From an uncultured Bifidobacteriaceae bacterium (GTDB lineage Bacteria > Bacteroidota > Bacteroidia > Cytophagales > UBA9547), in NCBI GenBank assembly GCA_964572965.1, contig CAZNHL010000001.1, positions 58,109-122,108 on the forward strand: 64,000 nt of DNA, read 5' to 3'. The number at the start of each line of letters is the position of its first letter. Position 1 is the stretch's first letter. Under the pieces are notes generated by a model. It was not told where the DNA came from. It ran no database searches and saw only the letters and a program-made list of their open reading frames with translations. The position numbers and the translations under genes are program-made. Below, piece by piece: positions 47,008-55,935 of this stretch.

Positions 47008-47541
47008 TTATGAAGTAGTCTTTGACTTTTTTACCCAATTAATGATAATAAGATTTTTGCTGCGCTTACCAGGCGAATATATATTCTGTACAGCGTAGCC
47101 ATCTGGTGGCGGAGGTTCAGCAAACGTATTTCGGATTCGGTTAACTTCCCTCACATTCTTTATGTCGGATAAATCAAGCGTGATCAGATCAACGGAATTA
47201 TCAGCATAAAGGAAGTTCTCTTTAATAGCGATATCCGAACAACCATATATTTTCAGAAATCCGATAGCAACAGGCGAAGCAGGATCATGATTATCGTACA
47301 CATGAACTCCTGTAAACTGGTCTACAATAAATAGATATTGGTCTTTATAGTAAATTTTACCGGGAACAGTTACAGCTCTTGGCTGTTCAGCTGCAAATGA
47401 TTTCTCTAAAGTCGCACGGTCTGTGATTATAGGCGTATAATCTGTTTCTTTTATAGGTACCTGATAAGGTCCGCAAGCCATTAAACAACCAACTAAAACA
47501 AACGAAAGCAGGCACTTGCATAATGTTTTCTGTAAAAACAT
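47008..47541 (-). CDS. LVIVD-like lipoprotein (upstream partner)
   Basis: About 177 aa with lipobox LMAC. It contains YLFIVDQFTGVHVYDNHDPASP and LYADNSVDLITLDLSDIKN. Its stop lies 4 nt before the next lipoprotein gene. The ATG at 47541 is preferred over the TTG at 47550. Confidence 0.55.
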   Translation of the reverse strand: MFLQKTLCKCLLSFVLVGCLMACGPYQVPIKETDYTPIITDRATLEKSFAAEQPRAVTVPGKIYYKDQYLFIVDQFTGVHVYDNHDPASPVAIGFLKIYGCSDIAIKENFLYADNSVDLITLDLSDIKNVREVNRIRNTFAEPPPPDGYAVQNIYSPGKRSKNLIIINWVKKSKTTS

Positions 47542-47629
47542 ATTATTCAATTTTTCCTTTTTCTATAGCTAAAAATATAACTGGTGAGCAAGATACTGAA
47601 CTGTGCTCAAACGTGTGTTAAGAAATCAT

Positions 47630-47668
47630 TAAAAAGCCCACATTACCAAAAATACGGTAGTGTGGGCT
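47630..47668 (-). terminator. Rho-independent terminator of nagA
   Basis: The minus strand reads AGCCCACACTACC-loop-GGTAATGTGGGCT followed by TTTTTA. Confidence 0.75.
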
Positions 47669-47691
47669 ATATTAATAGTACCGCGCTAAAA

Positions 47692-48843
47692 CTAAGCTAT
47701 TTCTTTCTCCTGAACTTTTCCTCCAAGGAAAACACCTTCAAGTTCAAGATCAGTATTTAATACAACTAAGTCTGCCTTACGACCCGCTGCTATCAAACCA
47801 ACCTGGCCATCAACACCAAGGAATTGCGCAGGATAAGTTGAAGTCATTTTAACAGTTTCTTCCAGGTCAAGACCTACATATTTCACTGTATTCTGTAAGC
47901 TTTCAAGCATCGTAATGGCTGACCCAGCAAGGTTACCACTATCAGTTAAATACTTTCCATCTTCATAGTGAATTTTGAACGCTTCAAATTCAAACTCCTT
48001 TACCGGATGTTTTACAAATGATGCATCAGATACGATATAAAGCTTTCCTTTCTTCTGCTTATGAGCAATACGAACGGAAGCATATTCAGAGTGAATACCA
48101 TCTACAATAATACCTCCCCATACTTCATCTCTGTCGAAGAACGCACCTACCAGGCCTGGGTTACGGCTGGTAAACTGAGACATAGCATTATAAAGGTGTG
48201 TTACACAGTCAATACCAAGATCAAAAGCTCTTGTTGCTTCTCTGAAAGAGGCATCGCTATGTCCAGCAGAAATTCTGATACCACCATCCTGAATGATTTT
48301 GATTTGGTGGTCGCTGAATTGCTCAGGAGCAATGGTCATCAGTTTAATAACATCTTTACCGTTATCAACAATTTTATGAAGCTCTTCATCGGTCGGTTTT
48401 CTTACAAACTTCTCAGAGTGAGCACCCTTTCTGATAGGATTAAAAAACGGCCCTTCAAGGTGCATACCAATAACACCATGCTTCCCTTTATTGTAACATT
48501 CTCTTGCTGCCTCAATACAAGCAATAATATTGTCGTAAGAAGTAGAAACTACTGTTGGCAAATAACTTGTTGTACCAAATTCTAAATGGGCATTGAAAAT
48601 CTGGCGGATGTTTTCCTCGCTGGGCTTGTTTGTAAAGAAGCTCCCTCCTCCTCCGTTTACTTGCAGGTCAACAAAACCCGGAATCAGGTAATTTCCCCGT
48701 AAATCTACTTTAGTAACATCAGATGGCACATTATTGTCAGACAAAACCGCCTGTATTAATCCGTCTTCAATTAATACAGAATGATTTTTCAGCACTGACT
48801 CACCCGTGAAAATAGTGCAATTGGTAAGAAGCTTTTTTGACAT
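47692..48843 (-). CDS. nagA: N-acetylglucosamine-6-phosphate deacetylase
   Basis: 383 aa. It shows PGFVDLQVNGGGG, MHLEGPFFN, AGHSDA, THLYNAM and DGIH. Confidence 0.9.
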   Translation of the reverse strand: MSKKLLTNCTIFTGESVLKNHSVLIEDGLIQAVLSDNNVPSDVTKVDLRGNYLIPGFVDLQVNGGGGSFFTNKPSEENIRQIFNAHLEFGTTSYLPTVVSTSYDNIIACIEAARECYNKGKHGVIGMHLEGPFFNPIRKGAHSEKFVRKPTDEELHKIVDNGKDVIKLMTIAPEQFSDHQIKIIQDGGIRISAGHSDASFREATRAFDLGIDCVTHLYNAMSQFTSRNPGLVGAFFDRDEVWGGIIVDGIHSEYASVRIAHKQKKGKLYIVSDASFVKHPVKEFEFEAFKIHYEDGKYLTDSGNLAGSAITMLESLQNTVKYVGLDLEETVKMTSTYPAQFLGVDGQVGLIAAGRKADLVVLNTDLELEGVFLGGKVQEKEIA

Positions 48844-49014
48844 TGTTGTCGATTATGTATGGAGTGAATTACAAAAATAAAAATATTTTTGCACTTAGTA
48901 AACAAAGTCTACAACAATAAATCACACAAAAACAGGTTTTTTTTGATTTTTAACCCAATTTATATTCCATCTAATTCTCAATTTATGCTTCACAATTTTC
49001 AGTAATTTTACAAC

Positions 49015-49575
49015 ATGAAGCATTCGCAATATTTTCAACTTGGGCAAATCAGTAAAAGTCACGGTGTCCGCGGTGAAGTCTTAGCCTTAATTGACGTAGA
49101 CCATCCCCAGCAATATGAAAACCTCAAATCGGTTTTTATTGAGCAAAACACTAAACTAATTCCCTTTTTTATTGAAAAAATAGATATCCTTAAAGATAAA
49201 GCCATAATTAAATTTGAGGAAATCACTGATATGAAAGCGGCTGCTGCACTTTCCGGTTCTGAATTGTATCTTCCATTGAACAATCTTCCGGAACTTGAAG
49301 ACGGCCACTTCTACTATCATGACATTAAAGGGTTTGCTGTAGAAGACAGTAATCTTGGTGAACTAGGAACAGTATTGGATGTTTATGAACTTCCTGGGCA
49401 CGACATTATTGCTATGGATTATAAATCATCTGAAGTATTGATCCCGATCCAACCGCACATAGTTTTGCGTGCTGATTTGAAAAAACAAATACTTTATGTT
49501 GAATTACCTGAAGGTTTACTGGAAATATACCTTCAAAAAGGAAACGATACACCTGACGACGCTGACGAAGAATAA
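49015..49575 (+). CDS. rimM: Ribosome maturation factor RimM
   Basis: 186 aa. It has LGQISKSHGVRGEV, a PRC-barrel C-terminus and an acidic tail. Confidence 0.85.
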   Translation: MKHSQYFQLGQISKSHGVRGEVLALIDVDHPQQYENLKSVFIEQNTKLIPFFIEKIDILKDKAIIKFEEITDMKAAAALSGSELYLPLNNLPELEDGHFYYHDIKGFAVEDSNLGELGTVLDVYELPGHDIIAMDYKSSEVLIPIQPHIVLRADLKKQILYVELPEGLLEIYLQKGNDTPDDADEE

Positions 49576-49577
49576 AG

Positions 49578-50216
49578 ATGGGACTTACACTAACTACACT
49601 GATTATTGCCATTACTGTTGCAATGAGTTTTTACGCCTGGAATAAACCTGAGATTTTCCAGAAATGGGTCATGAATGCTTACATGGTAAAAGAGCGAAAA
49701 CAATATGGCCGCTTCATTACTTCAGGTTTTATCCATTCAGATATTCCACACTTGTTGCTAAATATGATAGCACTTTACTCATTTGGTTCAATCTTAGAGC
49801 AAATCTACTATGGCTATCTGGGAGCTATCGGTATTTTCTTATACCCGCTTCTTTATTTAGTAGCCATTGTTACGTCTGAGATTCCCTCATACTTAAAACA
49901 TAAAAACAATTATTATTACAATTCACTGGGAGCTTCAGGGGCAGTATCAGCTGTGGTACTTTCTTCTATTTTGTTTTACCCTTTGGACGATGTCATTTTG
50001 TTTTTCTTTATAAGACTTCCGGGATTTGTGGTAGGTATTCTTTATATCGTTTATTCATATTATCAGTCCAAAAACTCATCTGACAACATCAACCACGACG
50101 CCCATTTATATGGCGCTTTTTCGGGTATAGTATTTAGTGTGTTTATCCATCCTCAGGTAATACCGGATTTTATAGCGACTGTAGGTCAATACCTGTTTCA
50201 CCTGAGAATATTCTAG
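49578..50216 (+). CDS. Rhomboid-family intramembrane serine protease
   Basis: 212 aa with 6 TM helices. It has FIHSDIPHLLLNM, the catalytic GASGAV, and a downstream H (NHDAHLYG). Confidence 0.8.
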   Translation: MGLTLTTLIIAITVAMSFYAWNKPEIFQKWVMNAYMVKERKQYGRFITSGFIHSDIPHLLLNMIALYSFGSILEQIYYGYLGAIGIFLYPLLYLVAIVTSEIPSYLKHKNNYYYNSLGASGAVSAVVLSSILFYPLDDVILFFFIRLPGFVVGILYIVYSYYQSKNSSDNINHDAHLYGAFSGIVFSVFIHPQVIPDFIATVGQYLFHLRIF

Positions 50217-50234
50217 CAGATGGAAACCAATATT

Positions 50235-50443
50235 GCCCGCTGCTAATCCTTTACGCGTTTTATTATACCTTAACTGATTCGTTTAACCAGAGATTCTGAA
50301 TTTTGCACGCTAATCTGGCTGATAACGGAGTTTTTATTGATTGTTAAGCTTTGGAGGATGCTGAACCGGAATTGTAAAATCCTATTCTGCATTATTTGTG
50401 GGAGAAAAACTTAAGAAGGTCATAGAAGCGGATAGTCATTTTA
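50235..50443. repeat. Palindromic intergenic repeat element of about 200 bp, copy B (inverted relative to copy A)
   Basis: The reverse complement reads AAAATGACTATCCGCTTCTATGACCTTCTTAAG...AATCAATAAAAACTCCGTTATCAGCC...GCAAAATTCAGAATCTCTGGTTAAACGAATCAGTTAAGGTA. This is collinear with 15364..15570. Confidence 0.7.
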
Positions 50444-50467
50444 TTTCAATAGCCTAAAACAGGTTTT

Positions 50468-50504
50468 GAAAAGCACTGCTTCCCCGATAAGGGTAGGCAG
50501 TGCT
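50468..50504 (-). terminator. Candidate terminator downstream of the SGNH hydrolase gene
   Basis: Stem AGCACTGC (50472-50479) with GCAGTGCT (50497-50504). On the minus strand it is followed by TTTCAAAA. Confidence 0.55.
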
Positions 50505-50523
50505 GCTTCATAGATAATTAGGA

Positions 50524-51858
50524 TCAGGGGAGTTTCACACCCCTGTACTGGCCCACGTTTAGCTTGGGAACATTGGCACCGAAGTGCTGATTAATAGCAT
50601 CTATAAAATAATTTGTACAAGCCGCATATCCTCTTGGCGTTAAGTGAAACCCATCTAAAGAGAATACTCCACCCGTTACAAATGTAGCATTCAGATTAAC
50701 CCCGTCCACATCAATACCTCCAGGAGCCAAAAGGCGATTGAGGTTCGCATGCATATCAACCAAAGCCAGCTTCCTTGTACTGGCAATGTTTGCGATAGAG
50801 GCATTATAGCCATCAACGGCATCAGTTATCTGGCTTAATTCACCTTCATCTAAATAATATTTATCGGCAATAGGAACTTGACTACCCCAACCACTGCACT
50901 TAATCGAGTCCTGAGGAATAGTCAATATGATTTTTTCGGTACTTTTAATCTTTCTTCTTCCACCTGGCGCAGCTGCATCACTCACAATAAGCGGATTTGC
51001 CCCCAAAGCAAAAGTAATACCTAAAGGTGCATATGCCATATTCAACGCATCTACCTGGCTTTGACTAGTTAAGACTAAAGCATTATACGGTACAGTATTG
51101 AAATAGGCTATTTTAGTAACATCCGGAATATTAGCAATAGCTCCTTTTGCACCATTTTTCATTAATGTATCAACAACAGCTGAAATAGAATAGGTTAAAG
51201 TGGCATTGGGGGTTATTGTTTCTCCTACACCACCAGCCAATGCAAATCCTAAAACATCGTTATTTCCAATCCAAAGTGTAAAGAATGTTGGATTTACCCT
51301 CATTGCGTCACTTAATACAGAAGCTGTTGCCGGGTTACTCGCCATTCTGTAAAAGTATGGGCTATATTTTCCGGCACCAGCAGCAGGGTTACCATAACCT
51401 GGCGCTATCAGGTGAAAAGACTTTGCACCAGGAACTCCCATATTATTGAATGGCCCCTGACTGGCAATCGAGGCCAAATTTGCCAGATTAGCTGTTCCTG
51501 CCAATACCGGAGAAAGCGAAGTAACACCTTTACAGTCAGTCATTGGACCTAATACTAATTTGGTCACCGGTGTGGTTCCGGAAAAGCCTATTCCATTTTC
51601 ATCTACCATGAATGGTATTTTAAAATCTCCACTACCAACTGTCTGAAGTTGTTGTGCTAAAAGAGCTGCATAAGAGTTCTTTTGCCCTTCAATGTATAAG
51701 GCATTATCCATATAGCCAGACGTAAGCGAGTTACCTAAGGCAACATATCTTGTAAAATCTGCCTGACCGCCACTGGAAGGAGAGAATTCATCTATCTTTG
51801 GCTTACAACCAAAAGTCGTTAAACCCAGGACTGCTATGTATATATATATGCGTTTCAT
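50524..51858 (-). CDS. SGNH/GDSL-family hydrolase lipoprotein
   Basis: 444 aa with lipobox TTFGC. It has the block I motif VALGNSLTSGY, the block III motif GNND, and a C-terminal D..H (SLDGFHLTPRG). Confidence 0.7.
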   Translation of the reverse strand: MKRIYIYIAVLGLTTFGCKPKIDEFSPSSGGQADFTRYVALGNSLTSGYMDNALYIEGQKNSYAALLAQQLQTVGSGDFKIPFMVDENGIGFSGTTPVTKLVLGPMTDCKGVTSLSPVLAGTANLANLASIASQGPFNNMGVPGAKSFHLIAPGYGNPAAGAGKYSPYFYRMASNPATASVLSDAMRVNPTFFTLWIGNNDVLGFALAGGVGETITPNATLTYSISAVVDTLMKNGAKGAIANIPDVTKIAYFNTVPYNALVLTSQSQVDALNMAYAPLGITFALGANPLIVSDAAAPGGRRKIKSTEKIILTIPQDSIKCSGWGSQVPIADKYYLDEGELSQITDAVDGYNASIANIASTRKLALVDMHANLNRLLAPGGIDVDGVNLNATFVTGGVFSLDGFHLTPRGYAACTNYFIDAINQHFGANVPKLNVGQYRGVKLP

Positions 51859-51878
51859 AGTTATAACATTTGGGAAGT

Positions 51879-53132
51879 TTAGAATTTGTAATTAAGTCCT
51901 AAAGCCGGTATGTAAGCAACATATTTATAATTACCACCAAAGCCCTGTTTATCACTATAGCCATAAGTTTTCTTCCCATTTATATACAGGAAAGAAGCGT
52001 CTATCCCAAAGTGCTCAGTAGGATTGAAAGAAAGACCTGCCGACAAGCCCAGTTTATCAGCATCAGGGGTTTCCGGAGAATAATTGTGATTCATATCTAC
52101 AGGAGATAAATCATAATAAGTACCCGCTCTTACAATAAACTTTTCCGAAACCTTGTACTGACCTCCCACTCTAAAAGCCCAGGTATTATGGTAATTTTTC
52201 TTTTCTTTTGAATTAAGCGTACCAGGGTTTTGGCTAAACTCAAAATCCAAAGACTTATAAGCATCCCATTGAGTATAGTTAACATCAACACCCAGTTTCA
52301 ACTTATCAGTAACGTCGTAACCAAAACCTAAAGCCCACAAAGCTGGTAATGGTAAGGATGCTGAGAAAGTAGTGTTGGCGGGGAAAGTGGCTGACGCTGA
52401 GGCAGGAACGTTAAAATTAGTAGTACCACCGGAAATGTTCATGTTAATTTGTGAGTGATAAGTTAAACCAACGCTTAATTTTTCTACCGGCTTAACATAT
52501 AGTCCCAAATTATAACCGAAGTTTCCTGTTGAACCGTTCAGATGCGCATTACCAGGTTTTCCGTTTACATCAGATGTAGGAGTTGCTTTATTTAAATCAA
52601 CAAAGCCTAAGGCATAAATCAAGCCTGCTCCTAAAGAAATTTTCTCTGTTATTTTATATGAAGCCGTTGGTTGAAAATAAATCGCTCTTAGAGAAATATC
52701 CCTGATAAGATATTGACCTGCCCAATTTTCATCCCATTTTACGGTAGAACCATACGGAGTGTATACTCCCAAACCTAAACTGAATTTCTCATTTAATTTG
52801 GCCGCAACATATAAATTAAAAGGTGTTACTACCGGATTATTTGCATAAGTAGAATAATTCGAAGTTGTAGAACTGTAGCCTACCTGTGACGAGATAGCAG
52901 CAAGACCTCCGGTAACTGTAAATTTATCTTTCAAAAATGGCAAAGCACCCGGATTAAAATAAACACTGGAAGCATCAAGAGCCATACCCGCACCAACATG
53001 TCCCATCCCAATTTGTTTCACTCCCATCAGGTTTACCTGATAGCCCCCCGCCCATGACGGAAAACTCGTACCAATCAGCAGGAATGTCCATAACGACGAG
53101 GATACTCCTATTTTAAAAAGCTTGTTTTTCAT
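51879..53132 (-). CDS. Outer membrane transport protein, OMPP1/FadL/TodX family
   Basis: The start was trimmed to MKNKLFKIGVSS... (ATG at 53132). It shows WAGGYQVNLMGVKQIGMGHVGAGMA and a beta-barrel ending ALGLNYKF. Confidence 0.75.
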   Translation of the reverse strand: MKNKLFKIGVSSSLWTFLLIGTSFPSWAGGYQVNLMGVKQIGMGHVGAGMALDASSVYFNPGALPFLKDKFTVTGGLAAISSQVGYSSTTSNYSTYANNPVVTPFNLYVAAKLNEKFSLGLGVYTPYGSTVKWDENWAGQYLIRDISLRAIYFQPTASYKITEKISLGAGLIYALGFVDLNKATPTSDVNGKPGNAHLNGSTGNFGYNLGLYVKPVEKLSVGLTYHSQINMNISGGTTNFNVPASASATFPANTTFSASLPLPALWALGFGYDVTDKLKLGVDVNYTQWDAYKSLDFEFSQNPGTLNSKEKKNYHNTWAFRVGGQYKVSEKFIVRAGTYYDLSPVDMNHNYSPETPDADKLGLSAGLSFNPTEHFGIDASFLYINGKKTYGYSDKQGFGGNYKYVAYIPALGLNYKF

Positions 53133-53402
53133 TTTTAGAATATTTAGGAGATAAGTTAAATTATATGTTTCCAGAAAAAGGCTAGATCTGGTTCTTGACA
53201 TTATGTACTAGTCTAGCGAATAAAAAGTTACAACACCAAATGAAAGCAATTACGAGTGCTGTTAAAAAATGTCAAAGTCAAAGCGATTGACCAGTCAAAG
53301 GCTAAACAAAGCCTTCAGAATTCCGAAATCAGCTTAATTCCTTAAAAATTAAAAAGCTGATGTTAAAGACTATTGGTCAATTGTTGTGCTATATAGAAGT
53401 TA

Positions 53403-54344
53403 CTAAAATTCTGTTAAAAATCCCCTTGCTGTTTGAAATTCTTTAAAAATATTTTTAACAATTGTTTCCGCCGATTCAACCTCTTTGAGCTGAGAAGCCA
53501 CTTGGCCAATTTCTAGTTCTCCTTCAAGCAGATCTCCTTCAAAAATTCCTTTTTTTGAACGTCCTTTGCCTAACAGGCTTTTAAGTTCATCTACTGAGGC
53601 TCCTTTAAGTTCTGCCTGTTTTATCTGTTTATAAAAATCATTTTTGATCAAACGCACCGGAGTCAGTTGTTTTAAAGCTAATTCCGTCCCTCCTTCTTCT
53701 GAATGAACAACTATGTTTTTAAAGTTATCATGGGCTGACGATTCAATACTGGCGGCAAATCTGGTACCCACTTGCACCCCTTCAGCTCCAAGCACAAAAG
53801 TGGCCAACATCGCTTTTCCGGAGGCAATGCCCCCTGCAGCTATTACAGGAATTTTTACTGCTTCGCTCACCATCGGTATCAAAACCAGTGTTGTAGTTTC
53901 TTCACGCCCATTGTGTCCACCAGCTTCAAAGCCTTCTGCCACAACAGCATCAACACCTGCTTCCTCTGCCTTTATGGCAAATTTCACACTTGAGACTACA
54001 TGTACTACCGTAATGCCATGTTGTTTTAATAAAGGAGTCCAGGTCTTGGGGTTACCAGCTGAAGAAAAAACGATCTTTATTCCTTCATCTATGACAACCT
54101 GGATAAGCTGATCTATTTCAGGATATAATAAAGGGATATTAACACCGAAAGGTTTATCGGTTGCATTTTTGCATTTTTGTATATGTTCCCGTAGCAGCTC
54201 CGGACGCATAGAGCCTGCGCCGATCAGTCCAAGACCTCCCGCATTACTGACAGCAGAAGCCAATCGCCAACCACTGCACCAAACCATACCTGCCTGGATT
54301 ATCGGGTATTGAATTTTGAATAGCTCGCTTACCCTGTTTGTCAT
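53403..54344 (-). CDS. NAD(P)H-dependent flavin oxidoreductase (nitronate monooxygenase / FabK-like)
   Basis: 313 aa. It shows YPIIQAGMVW, SNAGGLG, AEGFEAGGH, VIAAGGIASG and GAEGVQVGTRF. Confidence 0.85.
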   Translation of the reverse strand: MTNRVSELFKIQYPIIQAGMVWCSGWRLASAVSNAGGLGLIGAGSMRPELLREHIQKCKNATDKPFGVNIPLLYPEIDQLIQVVIDEGIKIVFSSAGNPKTWTPLLKQHGITVVHVVSSVKFAIKAEEAGVDAVVAEGFEAGGHNGREETTTLVLIPMVSEAVKIPVIAAGGIASGKAMLATFVLGAEGVQVGTRFAASIESSAHDNFKNIVVHSEEGGTELALKQLTPVRLIKNDFYKQIKQAELKGASVDELKSLLGKGRSKKGIFEGDLLEGELEIGQVASQLKEVESAETIVKNIFKEFQTARGFLTEF

Positions 54345-54347
54345 ACA

Positions 54348-55100
54348 TTAATGAAAAAAAACCTGTGCTAGTATTGCTAAAAATGCTCCCAATAAAGAAA
54401 TCATTAATTTATTAGCTTTAAACTTATGCTCCGGGCTTGTTTCAAACAGAATAGTCGTTGAGATGTATAGAAAGTTACCTGCCACTACAGCAAAAAGCAT
54501 ATTAAATATCCTTGAGTCAAAAGTACTGCTATCGTAGAATAAATGGCTCAAAAACAAGCCAACCGGAGATGCAAGGGCGAAGATCAGTAAAAGAGCATAC
54601 GATTTTACTCCTTTACCCAAAGCCATTACTAATACAGACATCAGTGCAAATGCTTCAGGAATTTTATGCAGCATCAGCCCCAATAGAACCTGAGAAGTTT
54701 CGTCATGAGAATGCGCTGAAGTTGGATGTACCAACAATGTACCTTCCAGAAAAGCATGTATCCACATAGAAACTACCAGCATAAAAGGTAATGTTCCGTG
54801 TTCATGTGCATGATCATGTGGAGTATGCAAGTGGATATGACCATGCTCAATACCTGTTGTAAAATATTCCAGAATCATCTGGAAGAAAAAGCCTGTCAGG
54901 ACAAATATTCCGGTTTGAGTAATATTCTCTGCATCAGTGAACAATTCCGGCAGAATATGAATAACCGTCATTGAAAAAAGATAGGCACCACTAAAATTCA
55001 GAACCAGAGAAAAATTTCTCATCCTGATATTGGGAATAAAAATAACTGCAAGACCAGAAAGCATTGCAGTCAAAAATATGATAATTGCGTTAATTGCCAT
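54348..55100 (-). CDS. ZIP-family metal cation transporter
   Basis: 250 aa with about 8 TM helices. It has a His-rich loop (HGHIHLHTPHDHAHEHG) and HKIPEAFAL. Confidence 0.8.
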   Translation of the reverse strand: MAINAIIIFLTAMLSGLAVIFIPNIRMRNFSLVLNFSGAYLFSMTVIHILPELFTDAENITQTGIFVLTGFFFQMILEYFTTGIEHGHIHLHTPHDHAHEHGTLPFMLVVSMWIHAFLEGTLLVHPTSAHSHDETSQVLLGLMLHKIPEAFALMSVLVMALGKGVKSYALLLIFALASPVGLFLSHLFYDSSTFDSRIFNMLFAVVAGNFLYISTTILFETSPEHKFKANKLMISLLGAFLAILAQVFFH

Positions 55101-55126
55101 TTGCTGACTCTTTTTCTAAAATGAGC

Positions 55127-55606
55127 TTAGTTTTTATAGATTAAAGCAACAGCGTAAGCATTCACCCCTTCTTCACGACCAACATAACCCAATTTCTCGT
55201 TTGTTGTTGCTTTAATTGAAATATCATCTGTAGGTATATCCATCACATCAGATAATACCTGCTGCATTTTGTCTATATGAGGATTAATTTTAGGAGCTTC
55301 TAATGATAAAGTAGCATCTACGTTACTGATTTCCCAGCCAGCTTCTCGTACAATTCTGCATACTTCTTTCAAAAGCACTTTGCTATCTACTCCTTTCCAT
55401 CTCGGATCGGTATTCGCAAAATGGAAACCTATATCTCTTTTATTAGCAGCACCTAACAATGCATCACAAATAGCATGAAGTAAAACATCGGCATCTGAAT
55501 GTCCTAAAGGTCCTTTACTATATTCTAATTGTACACCACCCAGCCACATCTCGCGGCCTTCCGCAAGGGAGTGAACATCATAACCAAAACCTACTTTGAT
55601 TTTCAT
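55127..55606 (-). CDS. ispF: 2-C-methyl-D-erythritol 2,4-cyclodiphosphate synthase
   Basis: Starts MKIKVGFGYDVH, and contains GHSDADVLLHAICDALLGA and ATTNEKLGYVGREEGV. Confidence 0.95.
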   Translation of the reverse strand: MKIKVGFGYDVHSLAEGREMWLGGVQLEYSKGPLGHSDADVLLHAICDALLGAANKRDIGFHFANTDPRWKGVDSKVLLKEVCRIVREAGWEISNVDATLSLEAPKINPHIDKMQQVLSDVMDIPTDDISIKATTNEKLGYVGREEGVNAYAVALIYKN

Positions 55607-55886
55607 AATTTCTCTTTATTCTTTTTAATTATCAGCGGACTTCTTAATCCATGTCTGACAATATCCCAAAATTAGCAAAAGCATTGTGCAATACCGAATT
55701 TCTCCTTAAAACAGATACTCCAAAAAATAAAATCATTTAACCTAAATCCGGTTGTCAACAACCAATCGTAGGTAATTTAAATATCAGTTACTCCGAATAA
55801 AAAATTGTTATGTCTACAAAAGTGCAGGCATAAAAACTAATACCAATATTATTAATTGAACTAAATAATGGGTAGTGTTGAAAAAG

Positions 55887-55913
55887 AAAAGGGAGTCCAT
55901 ATAGGACTCCCTT
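55887..55913 (-). terminator. Terminator downstream of the pirin gene
   Basis: AAAGGGAGTCC (55887-55897), loop ATATA, GGACTCCCTTT (55903-55913). On the minus strand it is followed by TCTTTTTC. Confidence 0.75.
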
Positions 55914-55935
55914 TCTATATATGTATGAGAAGAGG

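Noticed and set aside
32832-47700. Possible genomic island integrated next to tRNA-Val
   Set aside because: The stretch is enriched in accessory-type genes and includes the GC-richer prp operon. However, I saw no integrase, no transposase and no direct repeat of the tRNA 3' end, so an island cannot be supported from this window alone.
55749-55762. GGTTGT-CA-ACAACC inverted repeat upstream of ispF
   Set aside because: A single 6-bp-arm palindrome is expected by chance in 64 kb, and there is no second copy or adjacent regulator.
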